Counted from the first letter of the whole stretch, positions 50,628 through 63,256 are shown. The stretch is 63,256 nucleotides of DNA, filler included, from Reticulomyxa filosa (GCA_000512085.1; 20 parts of 20 records of this genome joined end to end with filler, not necessarily neighbours in it), one strand, 5' to 3'. The notes: generated by a model not told the origin, from the sequence alone. Program-made: numbers and translations.

Positions 50628-53600
50628 ATGATACCTCGAGGTTGGCTTAAGTTGTCGTCATTTATCTTTTCATACCTGTGTTAACTGAACTTTATTTATT
50701 AACTTGCAACCACAGAACCGAACTATAACCAGAAAGAATTTGTGGAATGGTTCCGAAGTTTACCTCAAACCACCAATACTTTGCGAATATTTCGAAAAGA
50801 AGATTTTTATCAAATCTACGGTGAAGATGTGTCAAGCATTGCTCGTGAGTTTTTGAAATCAATGCAAACAATTACATGGATTGGAGAAGATGAGGAGGGG
50901 GAGGAAAGCAGTGCTAACAAAATTCAATGCGTTTCCATAAAGCCAAGAGTTAAATAATAAAAAAGAAATTATCGATCATTGTGAATGAATAAAACAAAAT
51001 AAGAGTGTTGTGATATATCAGGTGTGTGAGGGTATAATTCGTGAGTATTTGACACGTAAAGGAAAGAATGTGGAGATATACGAGTGCGATCATGAAGGTG
51101 TGTGGGTCGTGGCAAACAAGGCTTCACCTGGAAACACAAGTGGATTGGAGGATGTCATTGATATCAATATGAACAACACCGAATCGTATTTAATGAGTGT
51201 CTATGTATCTTTTGCATCAGAAGAAACAAAGCGAGTTATAGACATGTTTCAATTTTGTGGACAACAACAATAATCGACAAAATGCAACCAACTAAAAAAC
51301 TTATGTGTAATACGAAAATGTAAAACAAAAAAAAGACATTGGGTATTGGGTTATGTGATGTCAATTCTTTGCGAATGGAAATCACTGAAATGATGGACAA
51401 CAAACATTTTACTAATGTTCAAGCGCTGCTAGCCGGAAAGGGGATAAAAGAGGCGATTTTGCATTCGAACAATAAAAAACAATTCCAAAAGGAAATGGAA
51501 TATCTTGAGACCCTTTTGAAGAGGTTGCGGGTTCATGTTGTGGAAAGTACAGGTAATTTGTCCGCAGTTTCGATTTGCTTGTTTTATTTAATGAGAATAA
51601 TTTTCTTCGCTTATTGTGCACTTTTTAAAAAAAGAACATTGGCCTTCATTGAAAAATAAACGAGAGTTGGAACTGACGATGGAAACAATGGCAAATGAAC
51701 TTAGCAAAAAGAGACTAAAAGCTCTATTGGCAGATAAAGACTTGGCACTTGTTGCCACAAATGCGCTGATCAATCAATGGGATTTGTACGCAAATAATAT
51801 GAATCATGGACAGTTTGATATTGTAGAATACAAATCAAACTCATTTATGAAATTGGATGCTGCTGCCATTCACGCACTCAATCTTTTTCCCGCCATTACT
51901 GATAGTTTGGTACATTTTTCTTTTTCAAAGTAAAGTAAACATTGGAAGTACCTTTTCATATAAACATATGTCGCTCTTTTTTTTTTTAGCCAATTCGAAT
52001 ATGTCGTTGTATGGATTATTGAACAAATGTCAAACTGCAATGGGAAGCCGGCTGTTGTCGACTTGGATCAGACAACCGTTGGTTGATATAGAAAAAATTA
52101 AAAGAAGACAAAAATTGGTTACATTGTTCCTTCAAAATCCAGGTTTTTTCAAAAATAAACAGTCAATGAAAAAAATTAAATGAGACAATGAAAAATAACT
52201 TGAATTAAATAATGAATGTAGACGTGAGAAATAGACTGCGAGATGATTTAATGAAAGGATTAGCTGATTTGGATAAGATACTGGCAAGACTACGTCGAAG
52301 CAAAGCAACGTTGAAAGACTGTGTCCATTTGTATACCTTTTGTCAAAGAATTCCTTGGGTGAAAGAAGTTTTATTGGAAGCGCAAGATGTACCCTTTTCT
52401 GAAAGTTTGCAAAAAAAAAAAAGATGGATGTGTGCTGTGCATATATTTAACCCTTTTCTCCTTTAAAAACAAAAAAGTCAACAAATTGACAGCTTCAAAA
52501 GCATTTTTTAAATACATTTACTGTTGAATATTGGTCATGATAGATGCAGATAACCAAGGCGATGCAAAAATGAAAGATAAAATAATCAAACTGACCGAAC
52601 AAGAAAAAATAGCAGAAAATGAATACAATTTGGAAGAGATGAATGTATCACAACTGACTCCATTACAAATACTCGAAAAGCAATTTATCCAACCATTGAC
52701 AAAAATGACCCAAAACTTTCACAACTTTATGGCAATGATTGAAAAGGTAATTGATTGGGATAAACTGGAAAACGAAAGAGAATACATGATAACCCCTTCG
52801 TATGATGGAGTCCTTGTCAAATTGGACAAACAGATCAAAGAAATCGCTGCTGAGATGGGAAAGATACGACATCAAATGAATCGAGAATTGGGAGGAGAGT
52901 CTGGAAAAAAGAAAGGAGTAACATTGGCTTTTAAAACCGCCTATGGCTGGCACTTGAAAACTCCGTCCGCCAGAGGGTTTGCGAATATTTCACCAAATTA
53001 TATCAAACTTTCCATTTTAAAATCCAGTATTCTGTATACCACACCCGACTTGAGTAATTTATCAAACGAAAGACAAGCCATTGTGTCAAAATATAATGCG
53101 AGACAAGAAGCCATTGTTAAAAAAGTCATCGAGGTCACTACTTCTTACACGTCGGTAATTTCAAATGCAATTCAAGCCTTTAGTCAATTGGATATATTTC
53201 TGAGCTTCGCTCACGTTGCAAGTTGTGCCCCACAGGTGTTTTTTTTTTAATGAGCAATAATGCTGTCAATCTCCTTCTTTCGTTTTTAGTCGATATTTTT
53301 TGCAATAAATAGGTGTATGTATGTCCGAGGGTATTGCCCATGAAAAGTGGCCAAATAATGGCTCTCAAAGCCAGACATCCTTGTTTGGAAATGCAAGATC
53401 ATTTATTTAATGGTTCTTTGAGCACAACCTCAGTTAATAGTGAGAACCAAAGTGGAAACGTATTTACCTCTCGTGACATGGGGCAATGTGTACCGAACGA
53501 CGTGATGATGACTACGCACAAATCCAATTTTCAAATTGTGACAGGTCCAAACATGGGAGGAAAGTCCACGTATATTCGAATGATCGGATTACTTGCACTC

Positions 53601-54488
53601 ATGACGCAGATTGGATCGTATCTTCCCTGTGAAAAGGCTACCATCACTGTGGTCGATAGCATTCTAGCAAGAGTGGGGGCCGGGGACAATCAATTAAAAG
53701 GCCTGTCAACATTTATGGCAGAAATGTTGGAGACTGGAACAATTTTGGAAGCTGCAACCTCAGATAGCTTGGTCATCATTGATGAACTGGGCCGAGGCAC
53801 CTCCACTTATGACGGATTTGGAATTGCGTATTCCATTAGTGAATATATTGCTGAACAATTGGGATGCTTTTGTTTATTTGCTACTCATTTCCATGAATTG
53901 ACCGCCTTGGAGGATACATTGAACGGGTTTGCTCTTTTTTTTTCTCCCACTTTGACATTCTCTGCGGATTTTTGACTAAGTATAACGTATCCACTTGCTT
54001 TTTTTATGTGCTCTGTCTCAATCCCGTTATTTGTCGGTGCAGGGTTATCAACAAACATGTGACAGCATTCAAAGACAACCAAAAGAAACAGCTAACCATG
54101 TTATACAAAATTCAGGATGGCCCATGTGATCGATCTTTTGGAATTCAAGTGGCACAACTTGCTAAATTCCCAAAAGTAGTGCTTGATGAAGCTGAAAAAA
54201 AAGCCCAAGAACTAGAATCCTTTACTAAAAAATCGAAAATGAGTTTACAAACCTTCACCGAAATGCGGTTTCTAACGACAGAATTTGATAGAATTAAGAC
54301 AAATTGCCAAGATCCAACTGAATTAAGCGAAGCACTACACAATCTTAAGTTATGTGTCTTTTGAATCATCAAAAAAAACGGTGTTGATTTGCTTGTTTTT
54401 TATTAATAAAAATAGGAAAAAGATGAACGACATGCGGAAAAGAAATCAAGAATTGAACACTTTATGTAAAACTATGAATTGGGAATAA
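50628..54488 (+). CDS. MSH2: DNA mismatch repair protein MSH2 (multi-exon)
   Basis: [131 protein letters not shown]. All introns resolve as GT-AG. Confidence 0.96.
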
Positions 54489-54767
54489 ATTATTTTTTCT
54501 TAATTAAACTTGAACTAACAAAAAGATTACTTTAAGTTCCAATGTTTGTACGGTGACAACTAAAAGTAGAAAGACCAACCACGCTTCGTTTTCTTGATTA
54601 ATGTTGTGCATCACCAATACTAATTTTAATATAGTGTGAAAAAAGTATGGCAGCATATGTAGCATTACGTCAAAAAATTTTAAAATATTTGAATTGGTTT
54701 GAAAACAAAATTTTCGAACTAATTTTTTTTAGTTGAAAAAAATAATCCAAGGTCTTCTGGAGCTTGT

Positions 54768-56030
54768 ATGGAACAAATTCCAGAAAACGAGCAAACTGGG
54801 ATCAAAGAAGATGAAGAGCTTGGAGTGCAAAAAGAGACCTTTAATGTATGAAATTTGCACATGTTCGTTTTTTTTGAAGCGGACACTGAACCATATTTTC
54901 CACATATGGAATAGGTGTCCGTACGTGTCCGACCATTGTTCGATCATGAGCGAAAGAAAGGATATGAAAGTGTACTGAGCGTGGTTGAGCAGAAATATGT
55001 TATTCTGTCAGATCCGGTCAAAAAGTGACGTCGTGCTGATACATTTTTTTTTTTTTTGAGAAAAATCTATTTTTCCGAAAAAAAATAAAAAAGCAGATTA
55101 ATGACAAGTACAATATAAACATGATAAAAGACGGAAAAAAAGAGAGCGTCAATTTGCATTTGATCATGCGTTTGACGAGACAATGAGTACTCAAGAGGTA
55201 TATAAGAATACGTCTCGAAATGTAGTAAGAAGGATAGTGGAAGGATACAACGCAACTGTATTTGCATATGGAGCAACTGGAGCGGGGAAAACTCATACAA
55301 TGTTAGGGGACAAAAACGAACCAGGGATTATGGTATACACTCTGAGAGACTTGTTTCATTTGGCAAATAAAAATAAAACCCATTATGAAATAACCATTTT
55401 AATTACATTCATGGAAATTTACAATGAAGAAATACGAGATTTAATGCAAAAAGATAGAAACCCTGTCAAACTACGAGAATCCCCATCCAAAGTTTACCAT
55501 ATGTGTACGTATTCAGTTTTTTTTTTTGAAAAAGACAATGTTGCAAAAAAAAAAAAAAAAGTAAAACAAGATCCCAAAGAAAAGGTCTTTTTTTTTTTTT
55601 TTTTTTTTGAAGAAATGATTCTGAAAAAAAATGATCTAAATCTTTATACAATATGAACCATAAAACAAAAACAAAAAATAAATAAATAAAAAGGGGGTGG
55701 TTGTGTCCGGAGTGAAACTTGTACCCGCGACCACATCAGAAGAAGTGATGCGATTACTCGAGGTTGGAAACCGTCGCAGGACGACAGAAGCGACGCTGGC
55801 CAATGAGACGTCATCTCGGTCACACGCGATATTGCAGATCCAAGTGGAAACCAAACCGAAGGCGAAAGAACATAACCACAAGATTCTTGTCGGCAAGTTG
55901 AACATGATTGACTTGGCGGGATCGGAACGAGGATCGATGACAAACAATCAAGGTAATCAAAGAGAAGGGTCCAACATCAATCGATCCTTATTGGCACTAG
56001 GAAATTGTATTAACGCATTAGTAGATGGAA
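54768..56030 (+). CDS. Kinesin-8 family motor (KIF18/KIF19/Kip3-like); 3'-truncated
   Basis: VSVRVRPL, FAFDHAF, GYNATVFAYGATGAGKTHTM, EIYNEEIRDL, NETSSRSHAILQ, MIDLAGSER, EGSNINRSLLALGNCINAL. Confidence 0.93.
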
Positions 56031-56202
56031 GTTTCGAATTTGAGAAAAAAAAAAAAAAAAAAAAAAAGAGGAGAAAGCAAATAAGACACTATATATATAT
56101 ATNNNNNNNNNNNNNNNNNNNNNNNNNNNNNNNNNNNNNNNNNNNNTTAATTAATTAANNNNNNNNNNNNNNNNNNNNNNNNNNNNNNNNNNNNNNNNNN
56201 NN

Positions 56203-58182
56203 ATACAACATTAGATGAACAATTTAATGAAAAAGAAGTAATAAATGTTTATTATACATTAGATAATAATAAGTCTACCTTTTTAGATGAAATATTAAAT
56301 GAATTGATATCTCTATTGATTAAAAATAACCCAAACCAAATGACACGATTAATAAATGTAATTTGTAACAATGGTAAAATACCTAAAAAATTATTAATAT
56401 CAAAGATGACAAGTATTCCAAAAAAAAACAAATGCCATGAAATGTGATGTCTTCGCGGTATACGTATCAAGTCTTCTTTATTATCAATAATAGATAAACT
56501 GGTACTCAATCGAATATGGCCAATCCTAGAAAAAACAATACATAAAGAGCAAAATGGTTTTATGAAAGGAAGGGGGACAGATGACAACATAGTCATCTTA
56601 CGTATAATTCTAATACAATAGGAAATATGTAACAAAAAAGAATTGTATACTTACCTTAATTGATATAAACAAGGCATTTGATTCTGTTTGGCATAATGGC
56701 CTGCTTCACAAATTACATACAACTGGAATAAAAGCAAAAATATTACGATTACTACATTCCATACTAACAGATGGACAATTACTTGTAACAAATGGTAACT
56801 GGTCTTATACCCCATTTCCAATTGAAACTGGGACAGGCCAAGGTTATTCTTTAAGTGTTACCCTATTTAATTTATATTATCACTGAGATTAAAAAAACAA
56901 ACATAAATCAAAAAATATATGATATATCAATATCACCTTGCTTGTTATATGCTGATGACATTATTACATTTACGGAATATCCAAAGGACAATAACAAAGT
57001 GATAAGTACAATACAAGAATACTGTACTAAATGGAAACTGAAGATCAATACCAATAAATGCATAATCTCATCGATTAAAAAAACTGATGATACACGATTA
57101 AAAGGAAACACCTTAAAAATTAATAACATATCCAAGACTATCAAATACTTGGGAATAACATTTAATACGGCAACATTATCATGGATGAAACATGTCGAAG
57201 ATACAATTGCTAAAGCAAACACAATAATCACACAAAGTCAGATAATGGGGATCATATGGGAAAAACTTGATATTAAAACAAAAATAAAGTATTACAAAGC
57301 TATAATTAGACATATTATAGAGTATGGCTTCCGTTCGATCTTATTTCGAAAGAGTTTGATCGCCCGCTTAAACGCATTGCAACATTTAACGATAACACGT
57401 ATACTAAAAGTATATCGTAGCACATTCTCACCAGCGACACGGTTAATCGCAGGGATCCCATCACTCGATACAAGAAATAAACATCTTTTAATCACAAATT
57501 GGTTCAATTTATTCAAGAATAACCATTTATCCGGAGAACTAATCAAACAAGAATACAATTATATAATGAATAACATTCATACATATATTGAAAAAATAAG
57601 AACAAAAAAGAAAATACCGCCAGCAATAAACGTTGAAGTATTGAAAGCAATGATAGATAATGATATGCTGTGTTATTGGTATTTTCCACCAACCTACATG
57701 ACAAGCCAAGAATGGAGTAAACTGGTAAAGAAAAGAATATATAAAAATGATTATATAAAAGATATAAAAGAGATCGAAACCAAGATAGCAAACCAACTGT
57801 TAGTACAAGTAATAAAAGAATGTAATCCAGACATGACACCTGGTAAACCGTTAATAATGGAGACTGTCAAGAGAACAAATGATGATGAAGTAATTGAAAA
57901 AGTTTTTAGAATTTTATCGGGGAACCCGAAGTTCAAATGGAAGTCAAGAGATGAAAATGGATTCTCGAAAAAAAAATGGGAACATTGTAATTGGTGTAAT
58001 TTCGAATGGAAAGACCAAATCCAGCATATATTATATGAATGTAAACAATTTATAGATATAAGAAAAAGAATAATGATGGACCAAGCAAAGAACAATGAAA
58101 AGATAATTCTAAACGAAACGTTTAGTATTAATGGTTTTATAAAATACTGTGGAGAAGCATTTAAAGGGAATGCATTAGTATA
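56203..58182 (+). mobile_element. Non-LTR retrotransposon (LINE) ORF2 fragment, decayed
   Basis: QNGFMKGRGTDD, AFDSVWHNGL, GTGQG, LLYADD (56948-56959), IKYLGITF, C-terminal CNWC...HILYEC. Stops at 56445 and 56619 plus frameshifts. No introns. Confidence 0.92.
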
Positions 58183-58309
58183 NNNNNNNNNNNNNNNNNN
58201 NNNNNNNNNNNNNNNNNNNNNNNNNNTTAATTAATTAANNNNNNNNNNNNNNNNNNNNNNNNNNNNNNNNNNNNNNNNNNNNAAAAAAAAAATACAACCA
58301 AAACTTGTT

Positions 58310-59358
58310 TGATTGGGTGAGTGCAAGTTTATTGGCTTCGTCGATCAATGGCTGATTTGCGGCAGTGGAATGCACGCTGCTTGTAACCGAGTGTCCGAAC
58401 AAAGTCAAAGTGGGATGGCTGAGACGAGTGCCGTCGCCCATGTCGGCCATGTCACCCCATTCACTTGCGCGTATGCTGTCGTCGTTCGCAAGGCTTTGAG
58501 GAAAGACGTTTGGTGTTATGTCTGTGTCTTGGGTTTTTGCGAATGATTCAATGTTACTTGACAACAATTGTTTATTTTTGCTGTCTGTGTGTATGTGTAT
58601 GTATGGGTTATTGTTTCAGTTTAACTAATTTTTTTTTTTTTTTTGGAGAGGAAGAGGGGAGGAGAGGAGGGGGGGAGGGGAAAAAAAACTGACCTTGTCT
58701 ACTCAATGGTGGAAGCGAATGTTCCTCCGAGAATACTGGGGAATGAATTTCCTTTGAGCTTCTGGACAGTATATTTCCAACAGGATACGTTGGAACTTCA
58801 TTATCTTGTTCATCATCGTGTCTAAGTGAAAAAACATCCACATATGTACATATAATGTATATGTACATATATATATATATATAAAAGAATTGAAACTTGA
58901 TAGTGGTCTCAGCTCGACTTCGTGATGAGCTCTGCACTTTACCCTTTGTACGTGTATTACTTGAGTCGATGACATCACTTTCTTCATGTGTTTCAGAGAA
59001 TGGAGTATCTTCGGATTGAATAACAAAGTTATCCATCGACGAAGACTCCAATATCCCCGGCTTTGGACTTTGCTTCGCATACTCGTCCAACTCTTGCATC
59101 TGCGTCTGTGACTGTGACTGCGATTGTATCTGTGATTGTATCTGCGTTGGTGCTTGCATTGGAGACTGGAACAGTTTATTTTCTCGAGCTTCTGCGTACA
59201 GCATGGCATGTAGGCCATTTGCCAAATCGCCATCAAAGATGGAATCCAAGCGTGACAACAACTCGGATCGATTTCTCTCTCCTTGTTGTTGTTTGATCAA
59301 TTGATCGATCATTTTCAAATGTTTGGTGTTGCTTTCTTCCTGTTCAAATTTTGTCGGA
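58310..59358 (-). CDS. Hypothetical multi-exon protein fragment (Q/S-rich)
   Basis: Open exon blocks separated by (TA)n- and poly-A-containing introns. No recognisable domain. Confidence 0.5.
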
Positions 59359-59479
59359 TATATGTACGTATATATATATNNNNNNNNNNNNNNNNNNNNN
59401 NNNNNNNNNNNNNNNNNNNNNNNTTAATTAATTAANNNNNNNNNNNNNNNNNNNNNNNNNNNNNNNNNNNNNNNNNNNN

Positions 59480-60892
59480 TATCTGTGTGAATAAGTTGTT
59501 GAGTAATATGATAATCTCCAATTCCATCAATAATACAATCAACAGCATAAACACATCCATCAATTGTGATATCAACAAATACAATATTTTGAGAATGAAA
59601 TGAACAAATAGAATATGGTCCAATTGTTAATTTCTGTTTCATATATTCATTTGAATTAATCATCATTGAAAAATGAATATTTTGTTGATATATTTGACTA
59701 TTTGATTTTGCTAATTGGTCGATATTCGTTGAAACTACGATTATTCCTTGTTGTTTATTATTAATCATTTCACTCACCATTTTATGAGCTTTGCTGTTTG
59801 CTTTAATCCATAACTTGTTTTCAGGCTCAGTGCTCTTATAAAAGAACACACGTTTATCAAAGGTTATAACACGTTGGATTACTTGTACGTCATATGTATT
59901 TGCTCTAACTGACTCCGAAACTTTATCCAAAATATCAGTCAATGGTTTAGGTGATGAAATATTTTCTGTCATAACATCATAAAAATAATTTGTGAAATAA
60001 CTTCCTTTTCCAGGTCCCATCGAATCATAAATTTGTTTATTTTTTGTAGTTGGAAATATTATTAATGTATCTGACTCTTTGTTATACCATTGTTGAGTTC
60101 CTCTTTTAACGCGTTCTGGGTCTTCATTTCCTCGACATGCATTTTTGATAAATATTTTTGATTTTCTTACAAATACCTTAGTAAACAAATCTTGAATATT
60201 TTTGAAAATTTTGAATTCATCATCAGAAGTAATTAAAACATCTTCTCCATCTTTTGTACTTCCATGACCACACCATACAAATATTAATGAATCATAATTA
60301 TGTTTATTGTTATTTGTATTAATTAAATTAGAATAATGATTCTTCACAAATACATCCAATTGATTGGATGTTAATGATTCAGTCTCAGGTTTATTTGGAT
60401 CATAAGTGCAATACACTTTATACCCATATTTTTCTTCAAATAAATTTTGAAACATCATTAAATCAATTTTTACTCCAGACAAATAATCTGAGCTGTCATA
60501 CTTCGCAGCTCCTGTTAATAATACCAATGGATTCATAATTTTGTGACATCCATCTCTCTTTTTTTCATCTTCTGAATTTTTCTTTTCGTCATCTATTTCG
60601 TTAATAATTATCTTTAATTTTTAAAATAAATTAATAAATAAACAAATGAAAACAAAACTGTGAACAAAATCAACAAAAAGGAAAACAGGTTGCGTTTTAA
60701 ATGCAATTTCTAATTGTTGATCATTGGTAATTTCTTGCTCATCATTGTCAAAAATTTGAAAATGAGATGTTGAGTCATTATTGTTTCCTTTGAGTAGCTC
60801 CAATATTCTCTCTTCCAAACTTTTAAGTCTACTGAAACAAGTCTTACTTCGCGAATCTTTTTTCCAAGGCAAACAAAGGCTTTGTAAGACAT
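59480..60892 (-). CDS. Caspase-like peptidase C14 with N-terminal PB1/ubiquitin-like module; 3'-truncated
   Basis: Catalytic motifs VWCGHG (~60261-60278) and KIFIKNACRG (~60129-60158), plus GSYFT. First exon FQIFDNDEQEITNDQQLEIAF. One frameshift at a short A-run near 60822. Confidence 0.85.
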
Positions 60893-61509
60893 TCTTTTGT
60901 TTAAGTAATTGCTAGCAGTAGTAGAAAGCAAAAAAAAACTTGAAAAATTCTTTGTCCCACTCCAGTTTTTAGCCCTTTTTTCTTTGTGCTTCGCTTTTTT
61001 TCAAAAACATTCTATCTGGGAAATTATTCCCTCAAAATCTTTGTTGCATTGCAAGAATGTACAATAATGAATACAGAAAATTAGACAAAACAAAGAAATT
61101 CATTTGTATTTACTACGTTGTATTGCTTGAGTTATTTTTTATTTCATAAAAATGAAAAAACTCGAGTAGGTTTTTGTAGATGACGTTTTCTAGCCAATAC
61201 GTTACGTACCTCAAGCGCCAAACCTTGCAAAAAAACCCCTCACGTCTAAGATGAATACCTTGTGTGATGAATAACAACACTGAGCAAAATCAAAGTTGAA
61301 ATTAAGCCAATTGAATAAACAAACAAAATTCGTGATAACGAAATGATAATGAACAAGTGAACATAAATCAAAGAGTTTTTAAATGGATGTGTGCGCACAA
61401 TTTTTGTTTTAAAAACAAATTTTTTGTTATTAATTCCAAGGATGCGCACTTTTTCTTATCAAAGAAAAGGACAATTTTATCGGCCCAAGCATCAAAAAAT
61501 AGATATATT

Positions 61510-62406
61510 TTACAAGTCAAGAGTGGTATCCATAGCTTCTTTGTTGCAGGATTGGTTAACTTCCGTGGTTTTCCAAACCCCACCACGGATCTTTAGAACG
61601 TGTGCGGTGGTACCAGTACCATACTTAATTTTTTCTCCTTTTTTGAAAGTTAGTTTGCTTTTCCGTGGTTTACTTTCCCATGATGTTTTCGATTTTCTCG
61701 GTGGTGCGCTATCCTGTCGCTTTTTCAGTGCGAACTCAGATTGTTTCGTCAGTCGTCCTGATATTCTTTGCCATTTTCTTGTCGATGGTGACGTATTTTG
61801 CCATCGTCTTTTGCATGGCGTCCATACCTCTTGCCATTTTTTTCCTTTAGAAGCTTTTCCTGTTCCTTGTGGGTCGTGTTCCCATTGTACTGCCAATTTC
61901 CATGCTCGCTTCCAACTTTTTTAATGATTAAAAAAAAAGTTCGCTTTTCCTTTTTTTTTTCCCCCCCTCCCCTCCTTTCCAAAAAAAAAAAAAAAATTCA
62001 ACCTTCCCATATGTGATTGCGGTTTGCCCTTCCGTTCGCGTTTCCGAGGCGCTGCAGTAGCAATCGCTGGTGGTACTCCGTTTCCATTGGATTCGCTACT
62101 GAAAGAGTGTGGCCCCTTTTTTATAAACTTATTTTGTTCCTTTTTCTTAGTAGCTCCTTTCTTCTCTTTCTGTGTCTTTTTTCTTTTTCATTTATTTATT
62201 TATTTTTTGATCTACGCAAATTCGCTTGTTTCATTTTTTTTTTTTAATAACTTTTTTTGGCCGCCATTGACTAATTCTAAGTTGTTGTTTACTTCTGTTG
62301 TCTCTTCCTTTTTTTGGTCGGTGATTTCTGGTAATGCGTTAGTTACATTATCAAAATTGAACGTTGCTGATGCATCATGAGTAGGCAGAATCTCTATATC
62401 TGTCAT
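61510..62406 (-). CDS. Hypothetical 3-exon protein with basic, Trp-rich C-terminal domain
   Basis: MTDIEILP..., then ...APRKRERKGKPQSHMG, then SWKRAWKLAVQWEHDP...KWQEVWTPCKRRWQ...KWQRISG... Exons flanked by GT/AG with poly-A acceptors. Confidence 0.55.
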
Positions 62407-63225
62407 TGTATAAGGTAACGTTCGGAAGGGGAAAAAATTAATAGCGGACCCAAAAAAAAAGGGTTCTCACCAAAGGCCTAACCCGAACTTGGAACAAGGC
62501 GGAGAGTAGTGAAGATGGTGATATGTGATGCCTTTATTGACTGCGCTTTCACAAGCTCTTTGCAGTTTGGTGGATTGAGAAGAAAAAAAACAGTGAATCA
62601 GTTTACATGCGGGACTGTGTAAATAATTTACGCCTCAAATTGAACCACAGAGGAGAGAAAAAAAAAAATTAGGTTAATTTCAACACAAATTAGTCCAATC
62701 GACAAACAAAAAAAAAAAGCAAGTCAAAATCCAGACAAAATGCAACTTTACAAATTCTAATTAAAAAAACAAAAATTAAAACGCAAACATGTCAACTCCA
62801 TGTTGTCGACACCAAACAAAGGACACATTTCTTTCTCTGGCAAAGGCATGCATGCCATACATAAAACGAGTGCTCTTGAAAACAAAACCACTTTTTTTTT
62901 TTAAAAAAAATTATTGAGGGAAAAATAAAAACGTAGACAACTTGAGCAAAGACAAAGACAATAACAATGTTCGAAATTGTATGTAAAAGAGGCATTGCCT
63001 TTTTTTTTTTTTAAAAAAGAGGGATGAAAAATGTTTCCAAACCATTTGCCTGAAGAAAGAAATAAAGAAGAGAGAAAGAGAGGGACCCCCGTTCACGTTA
63101 ACAACAACAACAGCAACAACAGCAACAACACGCAAACACAAAACAAAAATGATGTTAATGCAAAATGCTCTAAAAAAAAAAAAAATAACAAAATAACGTA
63201 GGATGGCCAGCTGAGCATTTGAATT

Positions 63226-63256
<31 letters not shown>

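Noticed and set aside
47189-56102. Functional cluster of chromosome-maintenance genes (CTF8, MSH2, kinesin-8)
   Set aside because: They are interspersed with unrelated genes, and three such genes on one gene-dense contig can arise by chance.
56855-58182. RT as telomerase, group II intron or retron
   Set aside because: QNGF, AFDSV, YADD, KYLG and the C-terminal Cys/His motif fit a non-LTR retrotransposon.

Overview
This is not one continuous locus. It is 20 short contigs joined by 19 identical 100-bp artificial spacers (44 N + TTAATTAATTAA + 44 N), so adjacency across spacers has no meaning. The DNA is from an AT-rich, intron-rich microbial eukaryote with GT-AG introns, the standard code, and many homopolymers and microsatellites. 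The expanded families seen here (NACHT/WD40 remnants, caspase-like peptidases, RNF213-like fragments, HSPA12-like) most resemble the foraminiferan Reticulomyxa filosa. That assignment is inference from family recognition, not a database result. Well-supported spliced genes: inositol 5-phosphatase + C2, FKBP PPIase, CCCH + methyltransferase, MSH2, kinesin-8, Ctf8, TMEM33/Pom33-like, DD3-3-like, AMOP-VWD surface protein, HSPA12-like, C-type lectin, TLDc protein, WWE-RING E3 ligase, a Pmp-repeat beta-helix protein missed by the ORF track, and a decayed LINE. Many other stretches are pseudogene debris. Most notable observations: (1) a (CTTAGGG)n telomere-like array joined directly to decayed coding-like sequence; (2) introns with reversed polarity (U-rich 5' end, poly-A before the AG); (3) a 78-bp MITE-like hairpin inside an intron; (4) a cluster of innate-immunity/cell-death-like modules in a protist; (5) a TMEM33 protein with an extra N-terminal domain and a CaaX box.
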